Origin: a virus
Virus record (IMG/VR): IMGVR_UViG_3300029214_000148
DNA: 64,000 nt
Reading direction: 5' to 3' (one strand)
This document shows positions 1 through 11,073 of this stretch, piece after piece. Position 1 is the stretch's first letter, and each line of letters opens with the position of its first letter. A program made the translations under genes and the position numbers. The notes under the pieces were generated by a model. The model made no database searches. It saw only the letters and a program-made list of their open reading frames with translations, and had not been told where the DNA came from.

Positions 1-150
1 TAACAAAAAAAATAATTAAATAATACACCATATCTATCCAAAAAAAATAAAAAAATTCCAAAAATCTTTTGACGACAAGGAAGATGGATCAATATATATT
101 GTGAGCACTTACTCATGTGTCAAAAAAAATGTTAAGGAGAAAGGCAATGT

Positions 151-1002
151 ATGGATAAATTTTTGAGCAATTTACCAGAAAATTTAAAATTCAGTATAAA
201 TGAGACTATAAGCATATTTATACTAATTTTAACAATTATGTTAATCACAAAAATATCTATTAAAAAAAAATGGATCACCGAAGAACAATCCGTGATATCC
301 AGCGTAGTGATTGTGTTTCTTGATGCACTTTTATTATATGCCGGACCGGATGTAATGTCCAGATTTCTTGCAGCTGTCCAGCTGCTTCCAAATATTGGAT
401 TTATTATTTTGGCTACTATCCAGAAGACTGTTTCAAAAAAGAAGATACTGGATAACGAGGGGGGTACTTCAGCACAGATTATCGTGAAGGCGATCCCTGA
501 TAACACGATTCTGCTGATCAAAGGGGATGAGCGTACTCCGCTTACCATCGCATATGACAAAGAATCAAAAAAGTATGTATGCTACGAGAACCTTTGCCGT
601 TTGAAAAACATCAATCCTGTAGATCTTTTTGAAGATGCCTATGCAGATATACTTATAGAAGACACCTACAGTTACAGGAAAGTGTTTAACCAGCTGACAA
701 ATAATACCGAACCAAAAGAGGAAGATTATATATTCGTACCCACATGGGTAAGCCGGATTGATACGGATGAAAACTCCGATGTACTTGCAGATTTCTGCCA
801 TAAGTGTTTGCTTGATGACAAGGATGTTCTGGAAAGAGCCGGGGTATCTGCAGATACTGTAAGTTTTATAATCACAAAACCCATCCAGGATGTGGATGAA
901 AAAGACCTGTCGGCAGACAAAATCCGGTATTATAAAGCAAACTTTAAAACACATAAGTTCTATCGGACAGACATTACAAAGAGGGGAGGAAAGAACCAGT
1001 GA
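151..1002 (+). CDS. hypothetical membrane-anchored protein
   Basis: 283 aa ORF with N-terminal hydrophobic segments; stop overlaps the GTG start of the next gene (GTGA). Confidence 0.45.
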   Translation: MDKFLSNLPENLKFSINETISIFILILTIMLITKISIKKKWITEEQSVISSVVIVFLDALLLYAGPDVMSRFLAAVQLLPNIGFIILATIQKTVSKKKILDNEGGTSAQIIVKAIPDNTILLIKGDERTPLTIAYDKESKKYVCYENLCRLKNINPVDLFEDAYADILIEDTYSYRKVFNQLTNNTEPKEEDYIFVPTWVSRIDTDENSDVLADFCHKCLLDDKDVLERAGVSADTVSFIITKPIQDVDEKDLSADKIRYYKANFKTHKFYRTDITKRGGKNQ

Positions 1003-3686
1003 TCTGGAACACTGCATACAAGATTGTAAGCAAATTTTATAAAGCTGTGAACAAAACAATAAGAATCATCATTACGACTGTTGTTATTCTTCTTATCGTA
1101 TCCGGGATAACCGCAGGCACGGGATGGTTATTGTTGCACAACCTGTACGAACAGTCAAGAGAAGAGGAATATAAGATTTTAAGCAACCTCAACGAAGGAA
1201 CATTCCGCCGTATGCGCAATACTGAAATCTATGACAAGAACGGGAATAAGATTGGAGAGATCAAGGCCGCGGATTTTCAGTACACGAAGCTTAAGGATAT
1301 TTGTTCCTTGATACAGGAAGGATATATTGCAGTAGAGGATGTACGGTTTAAAGAGCACAATGGAATTGATCCACAGGCTCTTCTCCGTGCGGGTGCCGCA
1401 TATGTAAAAAACAGAGGGAACATCACCCAGGGAGGATCGACCATCACACAGCAGGTAGTCAAAAACACCCTGCTTACGCAGGAACAGACGATTTCCCGAA
1501 AAGCTGTGGAAATATTTCTTGCCATGGACATTGAAAAAAAATTCTCCAAGGCTGACATCATGGAGTTTTACCTAAATTCCTGCTACTACGGGAATGGCTG
1601 CTATGGAGTAGGAAGTGCATGTAGATATTACTTCGACTGTAAGCCGGAAGATGTCACCCCCGCGCAGGCTGCATTACTGGTCGGAATGTCCAACAACCCG
1701 AACAATGTAAACCCTGTTGCGAGTGAAAAGGCTGCCACTTCCAAGCGGAAGTCAGTTCTTTCCAAAATGGAAAGAGCTGGGGTTATTACGAAAAAAGAGG
1801 AGCTTGCTGCCAACAAGGAAGATATTACGGCAAAGCAGATTTCCTCGGAGTCCATACCTGAAACCTACCAGACTTCCTATGCGGTTTACTGCGCAACAAT
1901 CGAACTTATGAAAAAAGACGGGTTCCAATTCCGGTATGTTTTCGAAGATAAAGATTCTTATAACAAATACCGGAAGAAATACTCCCGGAAATACAAGCAG
2001 TTTTCTTCCCTGATCAGGGAGGGCGGCTACAAGATCTATACGTCTTTTGATGCAGATGAGCAGGAAAACCTGCAGAGAAGCGTGGATTCTGTCCTCAACA
2101 AACGGTCAAAGGAAAAACAGAAAAATGGTAAATATCTGTTACAGGGAGCGGCCGTTGCCATTGACAACAAAACCGGATATATCACCGCTATCGTTGGCGG
2201 ACGAGGTACAGATGACCAGTACAACCGGGCATTTTTAGCATCCCGGCAGTCCGGATCGGCGATCAAACCAATCCTCGATTACGGACCGGCATTTGAAACA
2301 GGAAAGTATTTCCCTTCACTTATCGTCTCCGATTCCCCGATTGATAATGGTCCGAAGAATGCAGGCGGAGGATACAAGGGGAACGTCACCATGCGGTACG
2401 CCATTGCGGAATCCATCAATACCATAGCATACCGGACATTGCAGCAGGTCGGCATTTCAAATGGCTTAAAATACCTTTCTGATATGCAGTTTTCGACGCT
2501 TTCTTATCTGGACAACCACAATTCCGCGATCGCTCTTGGAGGATTTACAAACGGAGTACATATTACGGATATGGCCAGGGCATATGCAGCTGTAGAGAAT
2601 GACGGAAAATTCCGTGACCTCACCTGCATTTCAAAAATCGTCAGCGAACTGGATGGCACTGTTTACGATGGAAAAAAAGAAAAAGGGAAACAGGTATTTT
2701 CCCCGGCAACTGCTTACATGCTCACAAGCTGCATGCAGGATACCATGAAAGATTATGGCACCGGACACGGACTGACACCAAAAGGAAAGATCGTTGCAGG
2801 AAAAACAGGAACCACCAACGATTTGCGAGATGGATGGTTCTGCGGGTATTCTTCGAATGTTACCTGTGTCGTATGGGTAGGGAACGATGACAATTCCAAA
2901 GTGGCGGGCAATTATGGAGCAGCGAACGCTGGTGCCATATGGAAGAAATATATGGAAACAACAAGTGGAGGAAAAGAAAAGTTTTCCGTTCCGGAGACAA
3001 TAAAGAAAAGCTACGTGGATGGCAGAGGATACCCAACATCCGTAAAAACATCCAAAAAAGATCTGTTCGCAGTAGAAATCAAGAAAACAGCAGAGGAAGA
3101 AAAGAGCAGCTATTACCTCAAACAGCAGAAAGCTGCCGCAGATAAGGCGGTAAAAGCATTTGAGGATTTCCATATTGATTCACTGGACGATTATTATGTC
3201 GGATATGACTCCCTTAAAAAAGCTGCCGAAGATGCGGTTGCCGCGATTGATGACGCAGATGCAAGGAAACCGTATCTGAAACGGATTAACACAAAAGCTG
3301 CCGCACTGGAAGATGAAGCAGAAGACTGGAAGGACGTCAGCAGTTCCAAGGCTGCCTACGAAAGACAGAAGGAAGAGGATTCCCAGGCAAAAGCATTACA
3401 GGAACAGGAAGAGAAAAACCGGAAGAACCGGATTGCCTCTGAAGTCAGCAAATGCCAGTCTTACATTGATATGGTAAAGGGATTGGACACTTATTCCAAT
3501 ACTGCAGAAAAACTTCTGAAAAAGGCATATAACGCGCTTATGAAGATCGAGGATGATACGGAGAAAAACCGCATGACAAACGTCTATAATGAAGCCGCAG
3601 ATTATGTATCTGAACTAAAAAAAGCGGCGCTCCAGGAATCTGATACGGAAAACGCGGAAGAAGAGGGAGGCGACAGTATATGGTAA
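999..3686 (+). CDS. class A penicillin-binding protein (GT51 transglycosylase + transpeptidase) with C-terminal coiled-coil extension
   Basis: 895 aa. GT51 signature RGNITQGGSTITQQVVKN. Transpeptidase motifs SGSAIKP (SxxK), SIN (SxN), KTGT. Acidic/coiled-coil tail. Confidence 0.8.
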   Translation: MIWNTAYKIVSKFYKAVNKTIRIIITTVVILLIVSGITAGTGWLLLHNLYEQSREEEYKILSNLNEGTFRRMRNTEIYDKNGNKIGEIKAADFQYTKLKDICSLIQEGYIAVEDVRFKEHNGIDPQALLRAGAAYVKNRGNITQGGSTITQQVVKNTLLTQEQTISRKAVEIFLAMDIEKKFSKADIMEFYLNSCYYGNGCYGVGSACRYYFDCKPEDVTPAQAALLVGMSNNPNNVNPVASEKAATSKRKSVLSKMERAGVITKKEELAANKEDITAKQISSESIPETYQTSYAVYCATIELMKKDGFQFRYVFEDKDSYNKYRKKYSRKYKQFSSLIREGGYKIYTSFDADEQENLQRSVDSVLNKRSKEKQKNGKYLLQGAAVAIDNKTGYITAIVGGRGTDDQYNRAFLASRQSGSAIKPILDYGPAFETGKYFPSLIVSDSPIDNGPKNAGGGYKGNVTMRYAIAESINTIAYRTLQQVGISNGLKYLSDMQFSTLSYLDNHNSAIALGGFTNGVHITDMARAYAAVENDGKFRDLTCISKIVSELDGTVYDGKKEKGKQVFSPATAYMLTSCMQDTMKDYGTGHGLTPKGKIVAGKTGTTNDLRDGWFCGYSSNVTCVVWVGNDDNSKVAGNYGAANAGAIWKKYMETTSGGKEKFSVPETIKKSYVDGRGYPTSVKTSKKDLFAVEIKKTAEEEKSSYYLKQQKAAADKAVKAFEDFHIDSLDDYYVGYDSLKKAAEDAVAAIDDADARKPYLKRINTKAAALEDEAEDWKDVSSSKAAYERQKEEDSQAKALQEQEEKNRKNRIASEVSKCQSYIDMVKGLDTYSNTAEKLLKKAYNALMKIEDDTEKNRMTNVYNEAADYVSELKKAALQESDTENAEEEGGDSIW

Positions 3687-4195
3687 TTCCTGTATATATT
3701 TTACCCGTGATGGCCGTGATCTTTTTTACTGCCGGTGGCATGACTGCACGAAAAAGGAAAAAGGAGCTGGAAATTCCGGATAAAAGAAAGAAAATATCCT
3801 GCATTCTGTTCCTTTTATTCCTTATTTTCACCGTGCTGTCCATCGTGATCCTCCCGATAGAAGGACAGTTTTACGGGGAACCAGTAAAGATACTCTCAAC
3901 CACACTGGACAAAAATGACGTTATGGTTCTTTACGACCAGCCGGCAGATACGAAAAACCTTTCCCTTGCAAAAGATGACACCTTTCTGACGGATGCACAG
4001 TCAACGGAACGCATCCGGTATAAGGATGTCTTATACAACACAAACACAGTTAAAAGAAAAGATGTTTTTTCGGTAACAAAAAGCGAAGATGTAGGGCAGA
4101 ACAATATTTTTATTTCACAATGTATAGTAAAGGAAAAAGTATTATGCTTTTGGAAAGTTTCCGCATGCTATCGGATAACTGTTTCGGAAGATTAA
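3680..4195 (+). CDS. hypothetical membrane protein
   Basis: 171 aa; two hydrophobic helices; start overlaps PBP stop. Confidence 0.4.
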   Translation: MVIPVYILPVMAVIFFTAGGMTARKRKKELEIPDKRKKISCILFLLFLIFTVLSIVILPIEGQFYGEPVKILSTTLDKNDVMVLYDQPADTKNLSLAKDDTFLTDAQSTERIRYKDVLYNTNTVKRKDVFSVTKSEDVGQNNIFISQCIVKEKVLCFWKVSACYRITVSED

Positions 4196-4211
4196 GAAAG
4201 AAGGTGAGGTA

Positions 4212-4388
4212 ATGTTGGATGTAATTGCATCAAGCGGAATATATGCATATCTGATCATTGCTCTTTTGTGTATTCTGATCGTAAGATACGCTCTTCCACG
4301 TATCGCAAGGATTCCCTTCAAGATGATCCGGTTTATCCTGATTGTGGGAGCTATTGTTTTTGCAGCTTACCTGTATGTATCAAACTAG
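4212..4388 (+). CDS. small two-helix membrane protein (58 aa)
   Basis: ATG 8 nt after GAAAGGTGAGG; [24 protein letters not shown]...; not in ORF track because under 60 aa. Confidence 0.4.
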   Translation: MLDVIASSGIYAYLIIALLCILIVRYALPRIARIPFKMIRFILIVGAIVFAAYLYVSN

Positions 4389-4407
4389 AAAAGAGAGGAA
4401 AAAGAAT

Positions 4408-4842
4408 ATGCAGAACATTAAAATCAAATATTTTACAGACAAAATCGAGAAGTTAAAATACGTCGATGGGACGTCCGACTGGATCGACATGCGTGCATCC
4501 GAAGAAGTGACGCTTCATGCCGGAGAGTTCGCTTTGATCCCGCTTGGTGTAGCCATGGAACTGCCGAAAGGCTATGAAGCACATCTGGTACCACGCAGTT
4601 CCACCTTTAAAAACTGGGGAATCATCCAAACAAACAGTATCGGTGTAATCGATGGTTCCTATTGCGGCGATAATGACATGTGGTGCATGCCGGTCTATGC
4701 GACAAGGGACACTGTAATCCATATCAATGACCGCATTGCGCAATTTCGTATCGTGGAGAATCAGCCGAAAATTGCTTTCGAGCAGGTGGAACATTTAATA
4801 GGAAAAGACCGCGGAGGATTTGGAAGCACGGGCATAAATTAA
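4408..4842 (+). CDS. dut: dUTP diphosphatase
   Basis: Internal ATG after AGAGAGGAAAAAGAAT. dUTPase motifs Gx[27 protein letters not shown]. Confidence 0.85.
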   Translation: MQNIKIKYFTDKIEKLKYVDGTSDWIDMRASEEVTLHAGEFALIPLGVAMELPKGYEAHLVPRSSTFKNWGIIQTNSIGVIDGSYCGDNDMWCMPVYATRDTVIHINDRIAQFRIVENQPKIAFEQVEHLIGKDRGGFGSTGIN

Positions 4843-4863
4843 CCATACGCATTGTATACCAGA

Positions 4864-4886
4864 GGGCAGCAGTAGCTGCCCTTTTG
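4864..4886 (+). terminator. rho-independent terminator after dut
   Basis: GGGCAGCAGTAGCTGCCC hairpin + TTTT. Confidence 0.6.
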
Positions 4887-5088
4887 TATCATACTTTTCT
4901 TTTTTCTCATCTTTTAAAATTTCTACACATTAGACTTTTCTCCTATATTTGGCAGATAATTTAATATGTTTTTTATCTTAAATGCACATATTGCACTTCA
5001 TGTGTGCTTTTTTTCTATATAAAATCACTGGAAATTTTTACCAATAGATTTCCAGATTCTAGTTTTGTATTATCGCTGAAAAAATAGC

Positions 5089-5131
5089 ATTTCACATTAA
5101 TATTGTAAACATTTAGTTCATTGAAAGGAGA
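5089..5131 (+). promoter_or_regulatory. family-2 promoter/leader (TTTCACATTAATATTGTAAAC ... TGAAAGGAG) upstream of sigma factor gene
   Basis: same motif as the cassette island at 16.9-20.6 kb. Confidence 0.4.
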
Positions 5132-5138
5132 AAAGATT

Positions 5139-5849
5139 ATGAACAGACAAAAATTAAACCGCCTGAATAAGCTGGCGGAAAAAATCGGAAACGGAAACCA
5201 GGAAGAGACAAATCAGGCGTTTGAAGAAATGATGGGAATTTACAAAAATGAATTTCGACTCATTATTAGCTTTTGGGCGCAGCGGAAAAATTATTCCCTT
5301 GACAGGGATGATCTTATTCAGATTGCGTCATTAACACTGTTTCAGACGGCCATCAAATGGAATAATTCCAACCGCGGGCGCGATTTTGCATGTTATGTAA
5401 ATCCGGCTATCCGCGCAGCACTTATCCGGGCAACATCCGAGGATGCCCCAATCCGCGTCCCTTATGGCTCACAGCAGAATAAACGCGCCAAAAGGCAGAA
5501 GAGAAAAGGACAAGATAAGATTCTTGTGGACAGCACGGAGCGTATCAAAGTGCAGAATGATTCCTGGGTTGAAGGGACAACCCGTTCGCCAATGGAAATC
5601 GTCCTTGAGAGGGAACAGGAAAATACCCTGTATGCAGCCCTCCAGAGACTTTCAGAAATGGATCGCGAGATCATCATGCGGCACTATGGCATTAATCACG
5701 AAAGGGAGAGCTACAACGAGATTGCTGAAGACCTTGGAGTGACTAAACAGTGTATCAATTATAGACAGAACCGCATCTTTGCACGCCTCAAAGAGATTCT
5801 GTGTGATGAGCTCCAGTTCGATTCAACGGAAATCCTCGCAATGGGATAA
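5139..5849 (+). CDS. sigma-70 family RNA polymerase sigma factor (element-encoded)
   Basis: ATG 7 nt after AAAGGAG; region 2-like DLIQIASLTLFQTAIKW; C-terminal region 4 HTH EIAEDLGVTKQCINYRQNRIFARLKEI. Confidence 0.7.
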   Translation: MNRQKLNRLNKLAEKIGNGNQEETNQAFEEMMGIYKNEFRLIISFWAQRKNYSLDRDDLIQIASLTLFQTAIKWNNSNRGRDFACYVNPAIRAALIRATSEDAPIRVPYGSQQNKRAKRQKRKGQDKILVDSTERIKVQNDSWVEGTTRSPMEIVLEREQENTLYAALQRLSEMDREIIMRHYGINHERESYNEIAEDLGVTKQCINYRQNRIFARLKEILCDELQFDSTEILAMG

Positions 5850-6042
5850 ATCTGATTCCGTAGTCAGGGCTAAGAAAACTGAAAAAGGTAGTCTGTATAT
5901 GGCTATCTTTTTCTTATGGAAAAAGGAGAGAAATCACAAAAAAAACTAAGCTGGAAGCTGCCGCGTCTTCGCGTGCAGATCAGTTAGGTAGATGCAGACA
6001 AGGCCTGCATGCAAAACACACACAGAATGTGAGGCATAACAG

Positions 6043-6243
6043 ATGAGACTTAAGGATTTAATCGAGGTTATTGATATGGATTCTTTCGTGGAAACAATCA
6101 CAGAAATTGATATGTTGCATGGGAAACCACCAACACTACAGGGAACATGGGGAGAATACACAAAGCGGTTAACAGGAAAAGAATGGGAAAGAAAAGTGAA
6201 ACTTCTCCCACAATATGGAATACGGATTGTATTCCAGAGTTAA
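6043..6243 (+). CDS. small hypothetical protein
   Basis: 66 aa ORF with GAGG RBS. Confidence 0.3.
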   Translation: MRLKDLIEVIDMDSFVETITEIDMLHGKPPTLQGTWGEYTKRLTGKEWERKVKLLPQYGIRIVFQS

Positions 6244-6288
6244 AGAGAAAGGAACCAGATCGTTAGTTATCTGGGAAAGGGTTTTTAG

Positions 6289-8760
6289 ATGAAAATCATT
6301 ATTGCAGAAAAACCATCTGTTGGACGCACCTATGCGCAGGTGCTCGGCGTCCATAACAAGGAAGATGGTTACATGGAAAGTGATGAATGGATCGTCACAT
6401 GGTCGGTCGGACACCTTGTAACTTTGTGTTACCCGGAGGATTATGACCCGGAACTGAAACACTGGTCTATGGATACGCTTCCATTTTTACCGGAAACATA
6501 CCATTACCGAGTCATCGATGATGTCCGGAAACAGTTTGAAATCATAAAGAAGCTGTACCACCGGGATGACATCTCGGCGATCTATTACGCAGGAGATTCT
6601 GGACGTGAAGGTTTATACATCCAGATGCTCATAAGGGCACAGGCGGGCACAAAAGCAGGAATCGAGGAAAAAGTGGTATGGATTGATACGCAGACGGACG
6701 AAGAAGTCCTTCGCGGCATTCGGGAAGCAAAGCCTCTTTCCACGAAATTCTATCAGGATCTTATGCAGGCCGGATACATGCGTGCGATTGCAGACTCCGC
6801 AATCGGTATCAATTTTTCAAGAGCATTAACCATTAAATACGGGAACATGTTCCGTTCAAAGTCAAAAACAGACACAAAAGGAGCGATCCGGGCAGGAAGG
6901 GTAATGTCAGCCGTTCTTGGCATGATTGTTGAAAAGGAACGTGCAATCAAGAATTTCAAAGCGGTGCCATATTACAAGATTTCGAACAAAGTGACTGTCC
7001 CTGGCGGAACAATCACCGGCAACTGGAAAATTACCGATGACTCCAAGTATAAGGATTCCCCTCTTTTATATGAGGAAAAGGGGTTCCGGGAGGAAACCGA
7101 CGCGAGAAAAATGATCTCCGGACTGTCATCCCAGGTAACCGTAAAGACTTTTTCCAAAAAACCGGTAAAAAAGAACGCACCATTGCTGTTTAACCTTGCA
7201 GAGCTCCAGTCAGAATGCTCCAAATTATTCAAAATTGGTCCGGATAAGACACTGGAAATAGCACAGAGCCTCTACGAGAAGAAGCTCACCACGTATCCAA
7301 GAACAGACGCGAGAGTGCTGACTACGGCTATGGCAGGAGAAGTTGACAAGAACATCAAGGGGCTGACCGGATACAGCACGGTCTCATTCTTTGCATCAGC
7401 TATTCTGGACAATCACTGGTATAAGGGTATTGTAAAGACCAAATACATTGATGACTCAAAAGTAACCGATCACTACGCCATTATTCCAACTGGCGACACC
7501 AGCGCGTTAAGCAGTCTGAAAACAGAGGAAGCGGACGTTTACGAACTGATTGTAAAGCGATTCCTGAGTATTTTTTACCCGCCGGCTGTCTACGAGCAGG
7601 TATCCATCGAGATGATTGCCGGAACAGAACATTTTTTCACATCCGACAAGGTGCTCTCAGAAAAAGGCTTCTATGAAGTTGCCGGAATTCCAAAAGCGGA
7701 TAAGGAAGGGAAAGACTTTTCCATTTACGAGGGTATTGTATCCGGTTCTTCTTATGACAGTGCATACGGTATTGATAAAGGGACGACCTCCCCGCCAAGT
7801 AGATACACCTCCGGCTCCATTATCCTTGCTATGGAAAACGCGGGGAACCTGCTGGAAGATGAGGAACTGCGTGCGCAGATTAAAGGATGTGGCATCGGAA
7901 CATCTGCCACAAGAGGCGAGATCTACAAGAAGCTTCTGGCAATCAAGTACATCCAGACAGACAAGAAAACACAGGTCTTAACACCAACAGAAGACGGTTG
8001 CATCATCTACGACATCATGAAGGACGCACTTCCGGAGTTATTATCGCCGAAGATGACCGCCGAATGGGAACAGGGGTTATCCGAGATTGAGAATGGCATG
8101 GCCTCCAGAGAGGATTACCAGAACCAGATCAACGAATTTGTGAGAGAAAAGATCCAGCTGATCAAAGAAAAGAATAACGGGGAGAATTACAAAGGGGAAT
8201 CCACCGCGGTGGAAACAAATTTCAAGTGCCCGCTGTGCGGAGGAAAGATTCTCTTCCATAAAAAATATGGTTACAAATGCGAAAAACACATCAAAAAAGA
8301 TGAAGGCTGCAGTTTCCGTATTGGACCGATTCTTGGAATTCTGATTGGAGACAGGGATCTGAATGATTTACTCGAAAAAGGAGTCACAAGACAGATTAAA
8401 GGCTGGTTATCAAAGAGTGGAAAGAAATTTGACGCTGCCCTCCGGATAAAAGTAGACAAGCTGGAGAACAAAATGGAACTCTCCTTTGATTTTGATGCAG
8501 GAAGAGATAAGATCATCTGCCCGAAGTGCGGCGGAGAAGTACGGGAAGGACCAAAAGGATATTTCTGTTCCAACTACAAAAACGGATGTCAGTTGAATGG
8601 TTTATGGAAAAATGCCTGCTGGGTAAACATTACTGCTAAAGACGTCAAACAGCTTCTCGCAGGAAAGACTATTGAAAAAGCTGCAAAGGCGAAGAGCGGG
8701 GAAAGTTACAAAAAAAAGCTTATCTATGATATCAAAAAAGGTGAAATCCACGAAGTTTAA
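6289..8760 (+). CDS. topB: DNA topoisomerase III with C-terminal zinc ribbons
   Basis: 823 aa. Toprim start MKIIIAEKPSVGRTYAQVLG. Type IA core. C-terminal C4 ribbons CPLCGGK...CEKH and CPKCGGEV. Confidence 0.85.
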   Translation: MKIIIAEKPSVGRTYAQVLGVHNKEDGYMESDEWIVTWSVGHLVTLCYPEDYDPELKHWSMDTLPFLPETYHYRVIDDVRKQFEIIKKLYHRDDISAIYYAGDSGREGLYIQMLIRAQAGTKAGIEEKVVWIDTQTDEEVLRGIREAKPLSTKFYQDLMQAGYMRAIADSAIGINFSRALTIKYGNMFRSKSKTDTKGAIRAGRVMSAVLGMIVEKERAIKNFKAVPYYKISNKVTVPGGTITGNWKITDDSKYKDSPLLYEEKGFREETDARKMISGLSSQVTVKTFSKKPVKKNAPLLFNLAELQSECSKLFKIGPDKTLEIAQSLYEKKLTTYPRTDARVLTTAMAGEVDKNIKGLTGYSTVSFFASAILDNHWYKGIVKTKYIDDSKVTDHYAIIPTGDTSALSSLKTEEADVYELIVKRFLSIFYPPAVYEQVSIEMIAGTEHFFTSDKVLSEKGFYEVAGIPKADKEGKDFSIYEGIVSGSSYDSAYGIDKGTTSPPSRYTSGSIILAMENAGNLLEDEELRAQIKGCGIGTSATRGEIYKKLLAIKYIQTDKKTQVLTPTEDGCIIYDIMKDALPELLSPKMTAEWEQGLSEIENGMASREDYQNQINEFVREKIQLIKEKNNGENYKGESTAVETNFKCPLCGGKILFHKKYGYKCEKHIKKDEGCSFRIGPILGILIGDRDLNDLLEKGVTRQIKGWLSKSGKKFDAALRIKVDKLENKMELSFDFDAGRDKIICPKCGGEVREGPKGYFCSNYKNGCQLNGLWKNACWVNITAKDVKQLLAGKTIEKAAKAKSGESYKKKLIYDIKKGEIHEV

Positions 8761-8852
8761 CTTTCATCAAATTCTTCCAGTTTACATACGCGGAGCCTTC
8801 AAAAGCCAGCTCCGCGTTCCATTCAAAAAACACAAATTTTCCTATTTTTTCT

Positions 8853-8880
8853 TTGACGTTTTTTCAAATGGCTCAATATA
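8853..8880 (+). promoter_or_regulatory. family-1 conserved promoter (TTGACGTTTTTTCAAATGGCTCAATAT)
   Basis: one of at least 11 near-identical copies in the window. Confidence 0.5.
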
Positions 8881-8931
8881 TAAGGCGTAAGGAGAAAAAT
8901 GGGAAGAAAATAAACAAGAGAGGAATTTTTT

Positions 8932-9678
8932 ATGAATGAAAATGAAAGAAACGCAATTCTTGAATATGAGCAGATTTTACAAGGGAAAAGCTCCCGAACG
9001 AAGCTTTCAACGACGTATTTTAGGGCAGACTCAAACGAACAGAACCACAAGACGGCTGTCCATATTTTAAGATATATTTTCACAAAGATATACAAATGGA
9101 CACCGCTTGACGTAATGAATAAAGCATCAAAACAGATGATTTCTGATCTGAAGATCACAATCCCATATAGCAAACTGATTTTTCCAAAGGAAATGAATCC
9201 GAAAAGAGATTATTTCTACCTTGCAAAAATTCTGTTTCCGGAAGAAATCAAATCATTTGGGAAATACGACCGGGTTCTTTATCTATACAACCAAGTACGC
9301 CAAAGGAAAGCTCAGTTCCCGGAAGGGTATTTCTCAGAGCCGGGACAAGGAGAATACCGTGCAGGCATCTGCTTACACCAGGCAATCACTGATTCCCAGC
9401 AATTCCGGAATGAAGATGAACTTTATGAATTCTTTTCAGATGAGTCAAAGGCGCACGCTTTTTTGAAGAAATATAAGCTGGACAACGTATGTAGAATTAC
9501 ATTCCGAACACCTTTGGATTATCTATATGCAGCGCTTCCTGACGGACAGGACAAGCCTCTTTTGTACTTCAATCTTAAACTTCAAAAACTGTGTGAAGAA
9601 AAACAAATGCTCGGACAGTGGGATAACATGGTAAAAAAACACAAGAAATCCAAAAGCAAAAAACCAAAATATGCTTAA
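8932..9678 (+). CDS. hypothetical protein
   Basis: 248 aa, basic C-terminal tail, downstream of family-1 promoter. Confidence 0.5.
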   Translation: MNENERNAILEYEQILQGKSSRTKLSTTYFRADSNEQNHKTAVHILRYIFTKIYKWTPLDVMNKASKQMISDLKITIPYSKLIFPKEMNPKRDYFYLAKILFPEEIKSFGKYDRVLYLYNQVRQRKAQFPEGYFSEPGQGEYRAGICLHQAITDSQQFRNEDELYEFFSDESKAHAFLKKYKLDNVCRITFRTPLDYLYAALPDGQDKPLLYFNLKLQKLCEEKQMLGQWDNMVKKHKKSKSKKPKYA

Positions 9679-9801
9679 AGGATACAGGAGAAAAAATGAG
9701 AAAGACACATACTCACCGGGAACCAAAAGGAACTTTAAAGTGGTCGCTGTTGTTCAAACAATAACTATTACATTTCCGGCATGCAATGAGGTGGAGAGAT
9801 T

Positions 9802-10449
9802 ATGGCAATAAACTATGTAGTCCGTGTATCGGACGGGGAAAATGAAATTTACTACCAGCGCAAAAAGCTTTACGATATGGGACTACGTTTTAACAAGCGT
9901 GCCGGGCGAGGTGATTCTTTTTACGAAAAGAAGTGTGAAGAGAATGAAGCACACGCCATCGAGAAGTTTGCAGAACTCAATGGGTTAAAATGCATCCTTA
10001 TCCCGGAACAGTACACACGCTCTGATAATTACCGGAAAGAGTTCTTTAAGGCACAGAAACCGGTCAATAATGCACTGTACCGATGCGCTTACTGTGGTAA
10101 GAAATTCACATTCCAGCAGATCCAAGTTGACCATATTTTCCCTGTCAACGAACTTTCTTACAGCGGAATTGTAAGAAAGAGAGCAGCATCTTACGGAATC
10201 GCAAATGCCAATGATGTCAAAAACCTCTGCTGTGCATGTAAAAAGTGCAATCTGAAAAAAGGAACGAAACTCGGCATGTGGGTAATCCGTGGATTTCTCG
10301 GCAAGCATGAGGCGTACTGGAAGGTACGGCATATTGCAAAGGCAATAGTCTTCTGGTTATGCATTATATTTGCGATCTCCTTTTTAAAAGAAAATGCCCC
10401 GGAATTTTTCCAGACATTGACCAAGCTTTTCCTGTATCCTTTTGCATAA
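9802..10449 (+). CDS. HNH endonuclease domain protein with C-terminal membrane helix
   Basis: CAYCGKKF...VDHIFPV...CCACKKCNLKKG (HNH); hydrophobic C-terminus. Confidence 0.6.
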   Translation: MAINYVVRVSDGENEIYYQRKKLYDMGLRFNKRAGRGDSFYEKKCEENEAHAIEKFAELNGLKCILIPEQYTRSDNYRKEFFKAQKPVNNALYRCAYCGKKFTFQQIQVDHIFPVNELSYSGIVRKRAASYGIANANDVKNLCCACKKCNLKKGTKLGMWVIRGFLGKHEAYWKVRHIAKAIVFWLCIIFAISFLKENAPEFFQTLTKLFLYPFA

Positions 10450-10501
10450 GTCAAGAACCAAAAAACAGCAGCACGAAACGCAAAAAGAGGTAATATATGT
10501 A

Positions 10502-11047
10502 ATGTTTCTATGGATTCATTTTAAAAAGAAATTACGCGGAATATCGGAAATCGAAAAATTTTATATGGAAGACTGTCCCAATACAGCCGGCTATACACTT
10601 GAGTACATCTTGGGGCAAAGCGACAGCTGGCTGGAACAAAAGCACGACTACATACAGTGGCTTTTCCCGACAGCCAAATCCAGCTGCTTTAACCCAAAAG
10701 CGCCGGTGATTTCCCAAAAATCTGCTGACAAACTCATTCAAAAATACGGCGATGCTTTAAAAGAAAAGATTATCAAGAGCTTTTTCCGGATGGCAAAATT
10801 TTACGGTTTCCGCGTGTTTTATATCGTTGGAAGTTCCGTCGTTGTTGAACCGGACGATATACTTGAGAAAGGCTGGCTTTCAAAGGAAAACCACAACTTT
10901 CTGCGGCTGACCAGAATCATGGAATCCCTGCAGCTATTCGGACTTGACAATCATTACAAAGCCTTAAAAGAATGTCTGCTTGTTATTGCCGCAAAATATC
11001 CGGAAATCATTGGAGAAAAAACAAAAACGTATTGGGAAGACTGTTAA
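10502..11047 (+). CDS. OGFr-N-like domain protein
   Basis: WLEQKHDYIQWLFPT resembles the conserved xFIQWLFP core of the opioid growth factor receptor N-terminal family; start chosen after AAAGAGG. Confidence 0.35.
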   Translation: MFLWIHFKKKLRGISEIEKFYMEDCPNTAGYTLEYILGQSDSWLEQKHDYIQWLFPTAKSSCFNPKAPVISQKSADKLIQKYGDALKEKIIKSFFRMAKFYGFRVFYIVGSSVVVEPDDILEKGWLSKENHNFLRLTRIMESLQLFGLDNHYKALKECLLVIAAKYPEIIGEKTKTYWEDC

Positions 11048-11073
11048 AAACTACAAAAAATCTTGAATTTCCT

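Noticed and set aside
1277-3173. Antisense ORFs within the PBP gene (1277..1561-, 1628..1855-, 2036..2266-, 2631..3173-)
   Set aside because: The sense strand encodes a protein with contiguous GT51 and transpeptidase motifs. The antisense ORFs have no RBS or motifs.
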